Source of the DNA: an uncultured Fibrobacteria bacterium
GTDB taxonomy: Bacteria > Fibrobacterota > Fibrobacteria > UBA11236
Assembly (NCBI GenBank): GCA_963716395.1
Contig: OY970309.1
Location: 416,001 to 480,000, forward strand
Direction: 5' to 3'
DNA length: 64,000 nt
This document shows, piece after piece, positions 23,194 to 33,240 of the stretch (position 1 is the stretch's first letter; each line of letters begins with the position of its first letter). The position numbers and the translations under genes are program-made. The notes under the pieces are model-generated. The model was given only the letters and a program-made list of their open reading frames with translations, did no database searches and was not told the origin of the DNA.

Positions 23194-24351
23194 CTATCCA
23201 AAGATTTTTTTGACCGCGCAAACCACACGATCCAGGTCATCCGCTGACAGCCTGGCTGAAATAGGTAGGCTGACGATTTGCCGCCCAACCCGCATCGCAT
23301 GTTCGAATTTTTCGGGCTTCCACCCCAGTTCTTTCTGATAGTAGGGATGCTCAGGAAGACTCAGGTAGTGAACGCCGACACCGATTCTCTCGGCAGTCAT
23401 TTTATCCAGGAATGAATCCCTAGATATGCCTGTTTTGGACTCGTCAATAAGAAGGGTGTACAAGTGGTAGGCGTGTTTATTTCCTGGGATTACGTCCGGA
23501 GGCAGTGTAATCGGGAGGTGCTTGAATTCAGAATTATACAATTCCCAAATCTCCTTCCGTCGCACCCAATACCGATCGATTTTTTCAAGTTGCTTGACTC
23601 CAATGGCAGCTTGAATGTCCATCATATTGTATTTGAAACCGCATTCAATGACTTGATAATGCTTAAAGCCGCTGTCGCTAAAGCGCTTCCAGGCATCTTT
23701 GCTCATACCGTGCAGGCCAAGAATTTTCAGGCGGTTTGCGCCTTCTTCGTCTTGGGTAACCACCATGCCACCTTCACCAGTCACGATATTTTTAGTGACA
23801 TAAAAACTAAAGCAACCAAAATCGCCGAAGGTTCCGCAATGCCGCCCCCTCCATGTCGATTCAATAGCATGCGCGCAATCTTCAATCACCTTGCAGTTGT
23901 GCTTCCGGGCCAAAGACATGATGACGTCCATATTGCATGGGTTTCCCGCGAAGTGGACGGGCAAAATGGCTTTAGTTTTGGAAGTAATTTTCGATTCGAT
24001 CTGCTTGGAATCAATGTTGAGGGTGACGGGGTCGATGTCCGCCAGCACCGGCCTAGCCCCTGCATGAATGATGGCATTAACTGTAGCGCAAAAGGTCAAT
24101 GGGGTGGTAATAACCTCGTCCCCCGGTTGAATGCCGGCGGAAAGAATGCTGAGATGAAGTGCCGCGGTGCAAGAATTTAGGGCTACAGCGAAAGTTGAGC
24201 CCACGTAATTTTTGAAATTTTCCTCAAACTGCTTCACCTTCGGACCAGTCCCCAACCAACCACTTTTCAGCGATTCCACGACGCTGTCAATCTCGTCCTG
24301 CTCGATTTTGGGCTGGCCGAAAACGATGAAAGGAAGCTTCGAAATGTCCAT
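23194..24351 (-). CDS. DegT/DnrJ/EryC1/StrS sugar aminotransferase
   Basis: SGWLGTGP, NSCTAALHL, PVHFAG, IEDCAHA, FSFYVTKNIVTGEGG (PLP lysine). Confidence 0.95.
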   Translation of the reverse strand: MDISKLPFIVFGQPKIEQDEIDSVVESLKSGWLGTGPKVKQFEENFKNYVGSTFAVALNSCTAALHLSILSAGIQPGDEVITTPLTFCATVNAIIHAGARPVLADIDPVTLNIDSKQIESKITSKTKAILPVHFAGNPCNMDVIMSLARKHNCKVIEDCAHAIESTWRGRHCGTFGDFGCFSFYVTKNIVTGEGGMVVTQDEEGANRLKILGLHGMSKDAWKRFSDSGFKHYQVIECGFKYNMMDIQAAIGVKQLEKIDRYWVRRKEIWELYNSEFKHLPITLPPDVIPGNKHAYHLYTLLIDESKTGISRDSFLDKMTAERIGVGVHYLSLPEHPYYQKELGWKPEKFEHAMRVGRQIVSLPISARLSADDLDRVVCAVKKIFG

Positions 24352-24434
24352 ACAAATTCCTTGTACTTTCCCCATTTGATGAAACGATGATTTATTCTAT
24401 TTCCTTAAGAATTCCGCAGAAAGTTAGGAAAATA

Positions 24435-25373
24435 TTAAAGGCTGAAAATACTCTCTGCTCGTTTCCTAAGCATCCTGCGGATTCTGTTTTGAGCGCGCCG
24501 CCAAATCGGTTCGCGCAAAGAAAGAAAATATTTTCTTAGCGCCGCCCGTATTTCTTCGCTCTCAACCACCGGAATATCGGTTAACGGAACGGCTTCCGGG
24601 GATAGAAAGGTGTCGAAAACCGAGCTGGTATTGCTGTGCGTTCCAGAGCCATCTATGCCAATATTTTGGACCAGAGAGGTTTTGGGATAAAGCGTCATTT
24701 TTTTTTGCAAGAAAGCCGAGGCTTGCCAGCGGATGGCCCAAGAATCATTTCGTCCTTCCACTTGATCTTGAAGCATTTTGCAATACGGATAGCTGCCGAG
24801 AACATCGAACTCGTATTCCGCCTTTTGCTCGCGGATTTGCGCCAATAGTTTTTGCCCGTCGGGTTTGAATAAATTCCATCCCCTCTTCCAAGTTGCCCAT
24901 CCCCAGCAGTCGGCGCCTTTCAAGAAGTAATTATTTTCTGTTTCCTTTTTGAAGGGATAACGGTATCCATTGACACTAATAACCCGGTCGTCATTTTCAT
25001 AATAGTCCAGGGCATCATTCATAAATTTCAAAAAATAAGGAGAAGTGACCAGATCATCTTCGAGGATGATGAGCTTTTGATACGTGTCGATCAATTCGGT
25101 AACACCACTGATGATAGATTTAGCCAGGCCAAAATTATTTTCCCTGAAAACCAATTCGATGTTTTTAAATCCGATTACTTTTTTAATAACTTCCCTGGTT
25201 TTCAAAACCCGATCTATATCCGCCTCCCTTTTAGCGCCGTCGGAAAAGATGATCAATTCGCTTTGGGAGGCGAGTTTATTATCGCACAGCGCTTCCAGAA
25301 CTTTTTGGGTGTGAACGGGCCTGTTGTAGGTAAATAATGCGATCCGGGCAAGAGTAGAATTTTTATGAGGCAT
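24435..25373 (-). CDS. Glycosyltransferase (GT2/GT13-like)
   Basis: ALFTYNRP, FSDG, GLAKSIISGV, ILEDD, CWGWATW, NDSWAIRW. Confidence 0.85.
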   Translation of the reverse strand: MPHKNSTLARIALFTYNRPVHTQKVLEALCDNKLASQSELIIFSDGAKREADIDRVLKTREVIKKVIGFKNIELVFRENNFGLAKSIISGVTELIDTYQKLIILEDDLVTSPYFLKFMNDALDYYENDDRVISVNGYRYPFKKETENNYFLKGADCWGWATWKRGWNLFKPDGQKLLAQIREQKAEYEFDVLGSYPYCKMLQDQVEGRNDSWAIRWQASAFLQKKMTLYPKTSLVQNIGIDGSGTHSNTSSVFDTFLSPEAVPLTDIPVVESEEIRAALRKYFLSLREPIWRRAQNRIRRMLRKRAESIFSL

Positions 25374-25467
25374 ATCAAAGAATTAGGCAATCGGTGTAAA
25401 TTATTCGCCTAGAAATTATGGGAAAAAAGGTACGATTTCAAATATTCGTTTCATAATCCGGTCAACG

Positions 25468-27201
25468 CTATTTTTTAAAATGGGCACGAATATTTGAAAT
25501 AATTCGGCTCGAAGACCCATGAAACAAGGCTTCCATTGTTTCCCGAATATATTCTGCTTCTTGTTCACGAGTTATTTGGACATGCACGGGCGTTTGGAAA
25601 GCATCCGCCAAAGATTCTTTACCGTTAAGCAGAACGTCTTCGACTTTGCGGATAGTATCTTCCTCCATAATGGTCTCGTTAATGAATATGCGGTTGGCGA
25701 TGTCTGTCGGGATGGAAAGCCGCGTTTTACTTCCGAAATACCGAAAAACTCTTTGAATAAAGCCGCTTCCGACCTTAGCCTGATTGCGAACTGGGGCTAC
25801 GCTTAACATAAAGACAATATTAAGCCATCGAAAAGTCATTCTTATTTTTTCAAAATCCCAACCGTATTCAAGCGCCTTTTCCACCTCCTCGAAATATGAA
25901 GGAATAGTTTTTCCGAGAAAATTAAGTTCAGGAGGGTAAAGCAGTTCTTCGGAATAGAGGACAACGGGTAATCCAAGAAGGCTCATTTCGACCCCGACAC
26001 TTGACCAGGCGTTAAGGAATACATCGGCTTCTTCTGCAATATCGTATATAGAAAGGTTATCGGTAGGCCAATTAATGGCAACATTTGCCGGCAGATTTCT
26101 AAAGACTTCTTTTAATTGTTCGGCATGCATTGATTTGACCGAATCGCGTTTATTCGGGAATTCTCTCGGATGCACCCGGATTAATAAAAAATAATTGGGA
26201 CGCTCTTTCACCCAATTGATTAAAGCTTCGCACCATTCAGCCTGTGAAATGAACAAGCTGTCTTTTCCATCAGACACACGTCCAATGACGCTATCTGCAA
26301 ATCTCTCATCATAGCTACTCAATGAAGCGACAAGAAATTTTTGATCGGGAGATATGTTAAACCGCGATTTAATATTTATTGCTATTCCGCTTTTAGGTGC
26401 CGAGTACACAAAAACATTTGTGGCTTGGAAAAGAGCTGCGAGGTGAGAGCCGGTATACTTTACACTAGTTTCCCCAACCGGAATTGTTTTTACTCGATCC
26501 CATATTTTGGATCTCAAATAGTGAAGTTGGGCCCTTGAGTTGTCTTTGGATAAGGAAAGTCTTTCAAATCGGTTGGAAACGTTGGAGCCAGGAAAGAAGT
26601 TGTAAACCGGAATTGCAATTCGATTGGCCAAGGCCTTCACGATTCCATTTACAGAATATGCGGTGTCAAAAATCAGAATACAATCAGGCCGGGTCTGTGT
26701 TAAAACCCTCTTCATCACCCGATGAGTTATCAGGGTATTCCGCAATGCAATTTTGTATGCTAAAAATTCGGAATCTGCTAAGGCAAAATCATTTTTTTTA
26801 TGATGAATCAAGAATTCATATGATGCTATTTTCCCAATTGGAAGATCATCATACGAAAAATCAGCCCAATTTTCCTTTAGAAGTGATTGGAGCAGTAGGT
26901 CAATTTCCTTTAAATCGTTTTCTGTAATATCAGAATCTATTAATTTGGTTGAATAGTGATATTTAGAATTATTGGCATTGCGGATTCTCTTGCAACCAAT
27001 ACAATATTTTTCTTTTAAAATTGGATCGGAAGTTTCGCTCAGATCAGAAGCTGACATTGCTATGCAATATTTTTTATATGCGCCATCGCAGTGAAATACG
27101 GTTACATCATGGCCGATTTTCCTTAAACCTTCCGCGAGTTGTGCCTCCATGCGAATGTGGGGAAGTATGCCGGAAAACGGAGAGAAAAAAAGTATTTTCA
27201 A
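25468..27201 (-). CDS. Capsule polysaccharide biosynthesis protein (GT-B, KpsC/KpsS-like; candidate nonulosonate transferase)
   Basis: LIRVHPRE and SSVGVEMSLLGLPVV motifs in a 577-aa ORF. Confidence 0.6.
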   Translation of the reverse strand: MKILFFSPFSGILPHIRMEAQLAEGLRKIGHDVTVFHCDGAYKKYCIAMSASDLSETSDPILKEKYCIGCKRIRNANNSKYHYSTKLIDSDITENDLKEIDLLLQSLLKENWADFSYDDLPIGKIASYEFLIHHKKNDFALADSEFLAYKIALRNTLITHRVMKRVLTQTRPDCILIFDTAYSVNGIVKALANRIAIPVYNFFPGSNVSNRFERLSLSKDNSRAQLHYLRSKIWDRVKTIPVGETSVKYTGSHLAALFQATNVFVYSAPKSGIAINIKSRFNISPDQKFLVASLSSYDERFADSVIGRVSDGKDSLFISQAEWCEALINWVKERPNYFLLIRVHPREFPNKRDSVKSMHAEQLKEVFRNLPANVAINWPTDNLSIYDIAEEADVFLNAWSSVGVEMSLLGLPVVLYSEELLYPPELNFLGKTIPSYFEEVEKALEYGWDFEKIRMTFRWLNIVFMLSVAPVRNQAKVGSGFIQRVFRYFGSKTRLSIPTDIANRIFINETIMEEDTIRKVEDVLLNGKESLADAFQTPVHVQITREQEAEYIRETMEALFHGSSSRIISNIRAHFKK

Positions 27202-27606
27202 AATGTTACCTTGATCTTAAGGTTTGAAAAATGGGCGCGACAAATATTGCATAAAAATTTATTGGACGCCTCCTTTTAACAAATCAACAGCACTTCCGTT
27301 TGAAAATAATCAAGCACCTGATTGAGTTATGAATTCCAATTTTTTTATGCTTTCCCTTCCACCAACCCGGCTAGCAAAAAATCTAAAATAGAATTTTCAA
27401 AATTGAAACACGGAAACGACCTTTCCCAAAATTTTCGCAAATATTTGCGGAGTGGCTCCAATCTACAGTGGAACATCCCATGTATTGGGGTTATATAAAT
27501 GGATACTTGAATTTGACTCTCGGTTCAAAATGCATTCCCAACATTTTTTGTCCCATAACCCGAAATTTTGGTTACATTATGAGGCAATTAAAAAATTCGA
27601 TAAATT

Positions 27607-27897
27607 TCATTTTCCTGAGTCTCCAAGAAGCCAATGATTACATTCCCGAAACTTCGCCGAAGATGATATAAGCAATGGTAAAAGATCCCGAAGGCTCTTC
27701 TCCAGATTCATCCTTGCGAATATCAATTTCACTGCCGTCTGGGATATTTCCGCCAAATTCGTCATAATCTTTTTCTTTTGTAAACCGTACCACCGTTTAC
27801 CGTTCCCAAATATAGATTCAACCTCGTTGCATATCCGCACATCTTGTAAGGTCCATTTTTCTTGACCTCCACTATCATTGCGATTTTCATCGGTCAA
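27607..27897 (-). mobile_element. IS5-family transposase C-terminal relic
   Basis: RICNEVESIFGNGKRWYGL...IMTNLAEISQTAVKLIFARMNLEKSLR matches the IS5-type RNxxEGKFGxGKRxxGLxxIMxKLxETS...MNL tail. Confidence 0.7.
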
Positions 27898-27902
27898 CCC
27901 AA

Positions 27903-28180
27903 GAGATTGCCCTAGTCAAGATGGTGCGGATAACTCAAACAATTCTTTCCGCGCTTCATTTACCGACAGGTCAGCCGAAGGTTGCTGCTCATGGGCCGGA
28001 GTTTTCCGGCGAATAGCCCCTGGAATGGGCGGGAGCGGTAAAGCCTGGGATTGAGAAGAGTAAGCTCTGGAATTGGAATGGGACAACTGGGACTAAAGCG
28101 CGAGTGGGTGTGGAACTACGGGCTGATTTTGGTACAGCGGGAGGATTCGAATTTGAAAAAAGGCTTCGATTTACCTATGC
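27903..28180 (+). mobile_element. Second degraded IS91/ISCR-like 3' end
   Basis: EIALVKMVRITQTILSALHLPTGQPKVAAHGP...*PLEW resembles IS91-family C-termini and the 19951 relic. It ends in GGCTTCGATTTACCTATGC (oriIS-like). Confidence 0.6.
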
Positions 28181-28193
28181 TGTCCAACAAGCC

Positions 28194-29534
28194 ATGACGA
28201 CCAATCCGGAACGCCAGCGCCTCTCCGAACTCTTCGACAGGCTTTTCCCGATCTGTCGATCCATCACCGGCGAAGGATTCAGGCAGAGCCTTACAATCCT
28301 GACCGAGCATATTCCTTTAGATATCGAATCCGTACCGTCCGGGACGCCTGTTTTCGACTGGACGGTGCCCGAAGAATGGATCGTCCGCGATGCGCATCTG
28401 ATTGCACCGGACGGCCGCCGGGTGGCCGATTTCAAAAAGAGCAATCTTTCGGTAGTAAACTACTCGATGCCGGTGCACAGAACCCTGTCGAAGCAGGAAC
28501 TGCTTCCGTACCTTCACACAATTCCGGAGCTTCCGGATGCCGTTCCCTACGTCACGAGTTATTACAAGCGAAACTGGGGATTCTGTCTTTCGCACAACGA
28601 GTTTTTGGGGCTGAAGGATGGCAACTACGAAGCCGTTATTGACTCTGAATTCAAAGCCGGTTTCTTGAATTTTGGCCATCTCATTTTACCAGGCGAAAGC
28701 AAGCATGAAGTTCTCCTGACGAGCTATCTCTGCCACCCATCGCTCGCAAACAACGAACTAAGCGGCCCGCTAGCGCTGACCGCGCTTTACCAGCGCATTG
28801 CGGGGTGGGAACGCAGAAGATTCACCTATCGATTCCTGATCAATCCGGAGACCATTGGGAGCATCTGCTATCTGTGGAAATACGGAGAACACCTCCGCAA
28901 GCATCTTTATTCTGGTCTCGTCTTGACCTGTGTGGGGGGGCGGGATCGGAATTCCATCAGCATTAAGCTGGCCCGCAAAAACGACGCTCCGGTGAATTCC
29001 CTCGTTCGCGCGATGGTCAAGGAAGGAAAGGTAGCCTGGCGCTTTCGCGAATTTGACCCCACAAGTGGCTCTGACGAACGCCAGTTCTGCTCGCCCGGCT
29101 TCGATTTGCCCGTGGCACAAGTTGCGCGCTCGGTGTACGGCCAATATCCTGGCTACCACAATTCACTGGACACAAAAGAATTCATGTCCGTCGACTGCGT
29201 CGTTCAGAGCGTTGACGAAATTGAACGGCTACTACGGTTAATGGAGATTGCCGGTTGCTATCAAAACCAGCAACCCTTCGGCGAGGTGCAATTGGGGAAA
29301 CGTGGGCTCTATCCCAATGTCAACAGCACCCAGAATTGGAGCAAAAGTTCGGATCGGATTCTCGATGGACGACAGCAGCTCAATGCGATTTTGATGATCT
29401 TGAATTACTCCGACGGACGACACTCCATGCTGGAAATCGCGGAAAAATGCGGGCTCCCTCTCGAATCTCTCCGCCCCGTGATCGAGCGTTTAGAATCCGA
29501 AAAGTTACTTGGCATCGAAAAGGATGCTCTGTGA
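28194..29534 (+). CDS. DUF4910-domain M28 peptidase-like protein of polysaccharide loci
   Basis: LFPICRSITGEG, VFDWTVPEEW, PYVTSYY, YLCHPSLANNELSGP, PETIGSI, SDERQF, YHNSLD, QLGKRGLYP. Confidence 0.88.
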   Translation: MTTNPERQRLSELFDRLFPICRSITGEGFRQSLTILTEHIPLDIESVPSGTPVFDWTVPEEWIVRDAHLIAPDGRRVADFKKSNLSVVNYSMPVHRTLSKQELLPYLHTIPELPDAVPYVTSYYKRNWGFCLSHNEFLGLKDGNYEAVIDSEFKAGFLNFGHLILPGESKHEVLLTSYLCHPSLANNELSGPLALTALYQRIAGWERRRFTYRFLINPETIGSICYLWKYGEHLRKHLYSGLVLTCVGGRDRNSISIKLARKNDAPVNSLVRAMVKEGKVAWRFREFDPTSGSDERQFCSPGFDLPVAQVARSVYGQYPGYHNSLDTKEFMSVDCVVQSVDEIERLLRLMEIAGCYQNQQPFGEVQLGKRGLYPNVNSTQNWSKSSDRILDGRQQLNAILMILNYSDGRHSMLEIAEKCGLPLESLRPVIERLESEKLLGIEKDAL

Positions 29535-30349
29535 AAGTATTACTGATGATTGGCGACTCGCCGCGTCATTTCTATGTTGCCTCACAATTAGATCGTGCCG
29601 GCTTTCTCGCTGCGATGGTGATCGAAAAACGAGAATCACGTCACCCCGACCCCCCCGCTTACTGTGATGCCGCGCTTCAGGATCTGTTCCGTCGGCACTT
29701 CCGCGAACGCGACGAAGTGGAGTTCGGGTTCTTCAATGAGGTATTTCGAAATCGTCCGCAAGTCCCAACTCTTGACGTAACCCGGGATCAACTCAACGGT
29801 CCCAAAACCCATGAGTTCATTTCGAAACATCGGCCTGGGCTTGTCCTCTCCTATGGAGTCCACAAGCTTGATGACGAGACACTCTCGATCATGCCGGGTT
29901 TGCGGTGGAATTCCCACGGCGGACTATCACCCTGGTATCGGGGAGTAATCACCCATTTTTGGCCAACGTACATGTTGGAGCCGCAGATGACCGGAATGAC
30001 GCTGCATGAGCTAACGGCTCAGATCAATGCAGGGCCTATCATCCACCAGACTGTGGCTCCCCTCGAACGGGGGGATGGAGTTCATCACACTGCGTGCCGG
30101 GCAGTCGAACTTTACGGGAAAGAATTGCCAGAGGTCATCAAAATTGCGGAGAGGGGGCAAATCAAAAAGCCCGCCCCGCAGAAAACTTCGGGGAAGCTTT
30201 GGTTGCTATCCGATTGGAGACCCGAGCATCTGCGTACGGTCTACAATGAATTCGAGAATCAAGTAGTTAATCTATTCTTGGATGGAAAACTGGGAAACAA
30301 GACCCCTCAAATTGTGCGCCAATTTGAGGGCCAACCTGAAACGTCATGA
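29531..30349 (+). CDS. Formyltransferase-family protein
   Basis: NSHGGLSPWYRG, GMTLH, INAGPIIHQ. Its GTG start overlaps the upstream TGA. Confidence 0.8.
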   Translation: MKVLLMIGDSPRHFYVASQLDRAGFLAAMVIEKRESRHPDPPAYCDAALQDLFRRHFRERDEVEFGFFNEVFRNRPQVPTLDVTRDQLNGPKTHEFISKHRPGLVLSYGVHKLDDETLSIMPGLRWNSHGGLSPWYRGVITHFWPTYMLEPQMTGMTLHELTAQINAGPIIHQTVAPLERGDGVHHTACRAVELYGKELPEVIKIAERGQIKKPAPQKTSGKLWLLSDWRPEHLRTVYNEFENQVVNLFLDGKLGNKTPQIVRQFEGQPETS

Positions 30350-30900
30350 ACATCTCTCCATGGATATTAATCCTGGTAACGCGCAATGGCAATCCACATG
30401 AATCAGTCGAGTTCTGAAATTCCAAGGTTATTTTTGAGAACCGATAGCACTCAGAAGCAAACAATTGAACAAGAGGCGGCCGTAAATATGTCATCCCGTT
30501 CCGGTATAGCCCGAACACTTCCTACGCAAGACCTACAATCAGGTCCAGTCGTCCCCAACACGCCGTTCGGTCCGCGAGTCAGCATTTGATAACTCGCATA
30601 AAGTAATTATGCGGGACTATGTTGTTGTAGTGGAGGTGCTATGGTCAAGGAATCCTTATTGGCCAAGTGTGTCAGCGGATGCGTCGTAGTTACTGGCAAT
30701 CGAGAAGTGTTTTGGAGAAGGCCACGCGTGAGGGAAGCCTTCCCCAACCAAGGCCTGCGTGCTTTACGTCAAAGTCTGAGCTTGCTAACCCAGCATCTCA
30801 CCATGATACTGGGACGTAAGATTTTAAGAAAACCGCCAAATGCGCACCGCTTGCAATGGCCAAGTTGTCCTATCCATTGGGTCGCACCACGGAAATCAAT

Positions 30901-31800
30901 ATGATTCGAAATTTTTTAAACAGAGTTGAGCATCGCTTTGAATTTCCAGGTCTAGGGATTTCAAGTGAGTCTTCATTGTCTGTTCTTGGAATTTTCAATT
31001 ATCAATCACAATGTTCCATCGAAAATAACGTAGTGATTATTATCAATGGTTCTTTGACTTTCGGACAAGGTATTCGGCTTCGCTCTGGCACCGAAATCAA
31101 TGGAACCAATGTTGTTATAGGCAGTTTTACCAGACTGGAGAAACACGCCAGGATATTTGGAGAGGTTCAAATCGGAAGTTTTACTTTGGTTGGCGCGAAT
31201 TTCTACGCTTCGGCCAGAGCTCATGAATTCAAGCTTTCCCCACACAACTTGATTAATGATCAAGATGAGATGGTGGATAAAATTTCCCAGCAAAAAAAAA
31301 TATACATTGGCGAGGACTGCTGGATTGGTATCAATGTATTTGTCGCGCCAGGCGTAACGATTGGGAAAGGCTGTGTTGTGGGAGCGAATTCCACTGTTCT
31401 CACCGATCTCCCTCCGTATTCGGTGGCTATGGGACAACCAGCTCGGACTATTTCAAAACGTCTGGCATTTAATCCTCCGGAGGCACTATCGGCGGAGGAA
31501 CGTAACATCCCATATTTTTATGAAGGGTTCGATAATAGGAAATGTTCGATTCAGGGAAGCATGAAGGCATTAGCTGAAAACTTAACCCTTTGCCTTTTGC
31601 TAGAAGGAAAATCCAAATTAATCCTGGACGTCGAAGGAGTCAATAAAATTTGGGTTTCCAACCGGGAATATTCGTTACCGAATGCTGCCAGAACAACGAT
31701 CGAGGCGAGTTTGGAGCAGACCAATAATGTGTTCCTTCCTTTGAGGATTCCCAACGACGCTATTGATAACTTCAGAATATACGGCGCAAAAACCTTTTAA
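30901..31800 (+). CDS. Left-handed beta-helix (hexapeptide) acyltransferase
   Basis: IGEDCWIGINVFVAPGVTIGKGCVVGANSTVLTDLPPYSVAMGQPAR. Confidence 0.88.
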   Translation: MIRNFLNRVEHRFEFPGLGISSESSLSVLGIFNYQSQCSIENNVVIIINGSLTFGQGIRLRSGTEINGTNVVIGSFTRLEKHARIFGEVQIGSFTLVGANFYASARAHEFKLSPHNLINDQDEMVDKISQQKKIYIGEDCWIGINVFVAPGVTIGKGCVVGANSTVLTDLPPYSVAMGQPARTISKRLAFNPPEALSAEERNIPYFYEGFDNRKCSIQGSMKALAENLTLCLLLEGKSKLILDVEGVNKIWVSNREYSLPNAARTTIEASLEQTNNVFLPLRIPNDAIDNFRIYGAKTF

Positions 31801-31818
31801 ACGAGGATGAAGGGTGCG

Positions 31819-32055
31819 ATGGAAGAAAAGCTGATAAACATATTTAAAAATGTGTTTCTTGATCTCGCCGATAAAAGTAGCGAGGCTATTCAAAAAGTGT
31901 CTCGCGACGAGGTTGAAACTTGGGATTCAATGAATCATTTCGTATTGATTTCGAGTATCGAAGAAGAATTTCATGTTGCCTTATCAGATGTGGAGATTCT
32001 GGAGATCCAGTCTTTTGTTACCGCCAAGGGCGTCATTGAATCAAGGGCGGATTGA
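31819..32055 (+). CDS. Stand-alone acyl carrier protein
   Basis: About 78 aa, acidic, WDSMNH phosphopantetheine motif, IEEEF. Confidence 0.9.
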   Translation: MEEKLINIFKNVFLDLADKSSEAIQKVSRDEVETWDSMNHFVLISSIEEEFHVALSDVEILEIQSFVTAKGVIESRAD

Positions 32056-32058
32056 CGC

Positions 32059-33240
32059 ATGGAGATTTTATCCAAAACTCTAAAACCGCAGGATATCAAA
32101 ATTGGACTAAAACATCGGTTTGGCGTGTTAATTACGGAAAAAGATATACGTGAATTTGCCGACATGTCCGGCGATTTAAATCCATTGCATACGGATGATG
32201 AATTCAACAAATCCCTTGGAAATAAAACGATTGTCGCACATGGAGCCATTCAACAAATGTTCATTAGCCGTATGGCGGGAATGTATCTTCCCGGGACTTA
32301 TTGTGTGATAAAAAAAATTGAGACGGACTATTTATCACCAATCTTCCCGCCAAGCTCTTTAGTCATTGAGTCTGAAGTTATCAAATGGGAATTCGATAAA
32401 TATGATGGCGAACTAAGCGTTAAAGTGAAATTCGAAGACACTAATCACCTAGTTTCTGCATCGAGAGTTCGCTTTTCACTTACTTATCCTGCGCCTAATG
32501 AAACGGACAAGGCCTATGAAAGTGAAAATTCAAAGGTCGCACCCTTAGCTTCCAATGACACATCTAAGCCAAGAATTTTATTGATCGGCGGAAGCGGAGG
32601 CATTGGAAGGAAATTAGCGGAAAGCCTATCCGCTTTTCAAATAGTTTGCGCCAGTAGGAGTGATACCGCGGATCTTCAATATGACCCCGAAACGGACTCC
32701 AAAGAAAGACTAGTTTCGTATAGTAAAGAAAACCGTGTATACGGAATTGTGCATCTTGCTTCAAAGCTGCCAGTGAAGGCCTCGCCCTCATCGCTTGATA
32801 TTATAGACATGTGCCAAAATTTGATGGTTCATTTGAACCCTTTAAGAGATCTTTGTGCAGCTAAAAAAAATGGCGATCTACCATCCCTTGCCAGGATCGT
32901 TTCCTTTGGTTCGTCGTGGAGTAGAGAGCACTTTTTTGAATACGGTTTCGAGTCATACGGTTATGTTAAGCTTATTTGTAAAAAGTTCGTTCAGGATTTG
33001 TCCAGAGAAATGGCAATGACCGATAAATTTACCATCAATATGATTTCGCCTTCAGAGGTACCGGTAGGAATGAATGCATCGATGAATGAAAGATCCTTAT
33101 TTCTCCTCGGCGCAAAATTGCCAACAGGAAAAACCACAACCATGCATGAAGTGAGTAATGTGCTTGAGTTTCTGCTCGCGGAAAAATCCGAGTCAATCAA
33201 GGGGCAAGAAATTCTAATCGTTGGAGCCAAGGTAAAGTAA
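32059..33240 (+). CDS. MaoC-type dehydratase fused to an SDR/ketoreductase domain
   Basis: FADMSGDLNPLHTD and IVAHG (MaoC); ILLIGGSGGIG and YGYVK (SDR). Confidence 0.85.
   Translation: MEILSKTLKPQDIKIGLKHRFGVLITEKDIREFADMSGDLNPLHTDDEFNKSLGNKTIVAHGAIQQMFISRMAGMYLPGTYCVIKKIETDYLSPIFPPSSLVIESEVIKWEFDKYDGELSVKVKFEDTNHLVSASRVRFSLTYPAPNETDKAYESENSKVAPLASNDTSKPRILLIGGSGGIGRKLAESLSAFQIVCASRSDTADLQYDPETDSKERLVSYSKENRVYGIVHLASKLPVKASPSSLDIIDMCQNLMVHLNPLRDLCAAKKNGDLPSLARIVSFGSSWSREHFFEYGFESYGYVKLICKKFVQDLSREMAMTDKFTINMISPSEVPVGMNASMNERSLFLLGAKLPTGKTTTMHEVSNVLEFLLAEKSESIKGQEILIVGAKVK

Noticed and set aside
30600-30900. Possible decayed cytidylyltransferase fragment (ESLLAKCVSGCVVVTGN)
   Set aside because: No diagnostic PARGGSK motif; cannot be supported by eye.
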